A stretch of DNA of 64,000 nucleotides, from NCBI RefSeq assembly GCF_000315625.1, contig NW_005434654.1, forward strand, positions 494,632-558,631, written 5' to 3'. The notes beneath the pieces are model-generated. The model made no database searches. It was not told the origin of the DNA and was given only the letters and a program-made list of their open reading frames with translations. The translations under genes were made by a program, and so were the position numbers. Below, one piece after another: positions 62,200 through 64,000 of this stretch. Within the stretch, counting starts at the first letter, position 1. Each line of letters opens with the position of its first letter. This DNA comes from Guillardia theta CCMP2712. Lineage: Eukaryota > Protista > Cryptophyta.

Positions 62200-63471
62200 A
62201 TGTCCGTGATGGAGCGCTTGCGGCAGGCATGGCAGGGGCTCGTGGGGAAGAAGTTTTCAGACAAGGCTCTGCAGAAGGAGATGGATCTACTCGAGAACCT
62301 GATCTACCTCACCCACAGGAAGATGCCCGTCGGATCTCCTCCCGACGATGCCATCGCCCATGCAGAGCAGATCAGTCCAGAGGAAAGGCAGTTGAAAGTA
62401 ACGGAGCTGGTGCACGAGCAGGTCAAGAGCATCATGATTGCACTACACATGGAAAACGATCCACAATATGTGGGCAGCGCATCAAGAGTAGATCATAGCT
62501 TCGATGTGCGGGAGTCCAGCATGGCGGGTGCTGGGATGGGCGTGTTCCTCCGAGGGAATGTGCGAGCAGGATCCGTAAGAGCATTGCGAGCTCGATCAGA
62601 GAAACTGACACGTTTTCATTCACAAACAAGGTCATCATGTTCTATCCTGGACATGTGTACCTGCCTCATGTGATCTCTCGAAGATCCGACTTCCCCCAGG
62701 TGCCATGCAGCTTGCTCTTTGTCGCAGAGGAATGAGAGTTTGTCAATGAAGCTCAACGATCCCGAGTTTCGTTTGGCCATTACAGGAGACTCTCTCATCG
62801 ACCCATACAACATCGTGCATGAGTGCCATGCTGCTGCATCTTCTGCAAGTTGGCGAGTTTTGTAACTGTGGAGAATCTGTTCCACAAATGACTTTGTTGG
62901 TTTCAGCCAAGAGCTCCAACAAGTAGATGCCGCGTTGATCGTGAAGAACAGGCTTGCTCTTGGTCATATGGTCAATCATGCGGGAGGATCGGGAAAGTCT
63001 CCCAATGTTGTCTCATGTGCCTATCAATTCCCATCGCAAGTACCGGCCGAATTGAGATACTTGATCCCCAATTCTCTTGTTCTACCGATCAACGAAAGGA
63101 AAGAAGGTGTCCTGACCAAAATGCTCTTTACTCTGTCGAACGAAGCATATCAATCGTATCAGCACTCAAAACTCATGCAAGAAAGTGAAATAATTCCTAC
63201 CCAAGTGTGTTCTGCATTATTGTGACCCGCCAATGATTGTTGCACAGGTTTTGATATCGAAATCTGATATTCCCGATGGGTCGGAGATCTTATTGGATTA
63301 TCGTTTGAATCCTAAGAAGAAGAAATATTGGCCAAGGTGATTGTTTGCATGCACTTTGTTTGCATGCAATTTTCTTCTCCTTCTGTTCCTGCCACACTGA
63401 TATGACTTGCAATCAGTTGGTACACTCCGGTGGATGTAGATGCAGCAAAGAGGCGCTGGGCTTATTTCTAG
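62200..63471 (+). CDS. SETD9-like SET-domain protein
   Basis: SSMAGAGMGVFLRG...FYPGHVY...NRLALGHMVNH...PNV...ELRYLIPN...DIPDGSEILLDYRLNP...WYTPVDVDAAKRRW. Confidence 0.82.
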
Positions 63472-63543
63472 GGATGTATGAATACTCTTGTTGACGTAGT
63501 ACGCATTACGAACACGCTTCAAGCAACAAACTTGTCACGGCCT

Positions 63544-64000
63544 TCAATCGTCATCGATGCTTTCGGATTCTTTCGGTCGCTTCGTTCTCGACTTCAAGTC
63601 TTCGATCTCCTTGGGCGTGAGGTCTCGCATGCGCCCCCCACCCCTCTCAAGCTCCTCCTCTGTTGGTGGCTGGTTCCAAGGATATTGAGGATTAATCTCA
63701 GGGTCGAAGTCTTCATCCTTGTACATCGTCCACATTTGTGTCGAGTTTTGTACATCCTCGATGTAGACAGGTTCGGCATAACCGTACTTGCACCCTCTCC
63801 TCCTGCAATACTCGTTGGCAGCTTTTGTCCGCAATTCTTTGTATTCCTTTTCTCGTTCCTTGCAGATTGCGATGTGAGCGAGAAGCATCGAGCAATTCTC
63901 AATTTACCTCTCTCCATTTCTTGAACTCCCAGAAGTCAACGTCCGACCAGTTGTTCCAGTCACGACTTCTTTCATAGAAATCCTCCATGTCTTGAAAGCT
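63544..64000 (-). CDS. C-terminal part of a hypothetical protein running off the window
   Basis: Coding-like exon ending ...KSRTKRPKESESIDDD*. Confidence 0.55.

Overview
Eukaryotic nuclear DNA, compact and intron-rich (mostly ~45-60 bp GT-AG introns with CTGAC-like branch points, many swollen by microsatellites). The gene style suggests a cryptophyte alga of the Guillardia/Hanusia type (inference, not proven). About 25 protein genes can be traced by hand-splicing. They include a PH + single-domain voltage-gated cation channel + EF-hand protein, a tropomodulin-like LRR protein, PhoD alkaline phosphatase, a PDZ/coiled-coil protein, an Sfi1-like protein, an RWP-RK factor, an intronless QueC-like enzyme, a PTEN-like phosphatase, a giant BEACH-WD40 protein ending in a PX domain, a cyclic-nucleotide-binding protein and a SETD9-like protein. 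Positions 16.7-24.6 kb hold a 7-copy tandem array of an orphan 78-aa microprotein gene. The most unusual signals are: (i) palindrome-rich islands 5' of many genes, which the array shows to be locally hypermutable and insertion-prone; (ii) a divergent QueC in a eukaryote; (iii) strand-polarised GGGGT tracts upstream of genes; (iv) probable GA-AG and GC-AG introns clustered in one gene. No rRNA, tRNA, CRISPR or recognisable transposon was found. Exon boundaries were derived by eye and are approximate.
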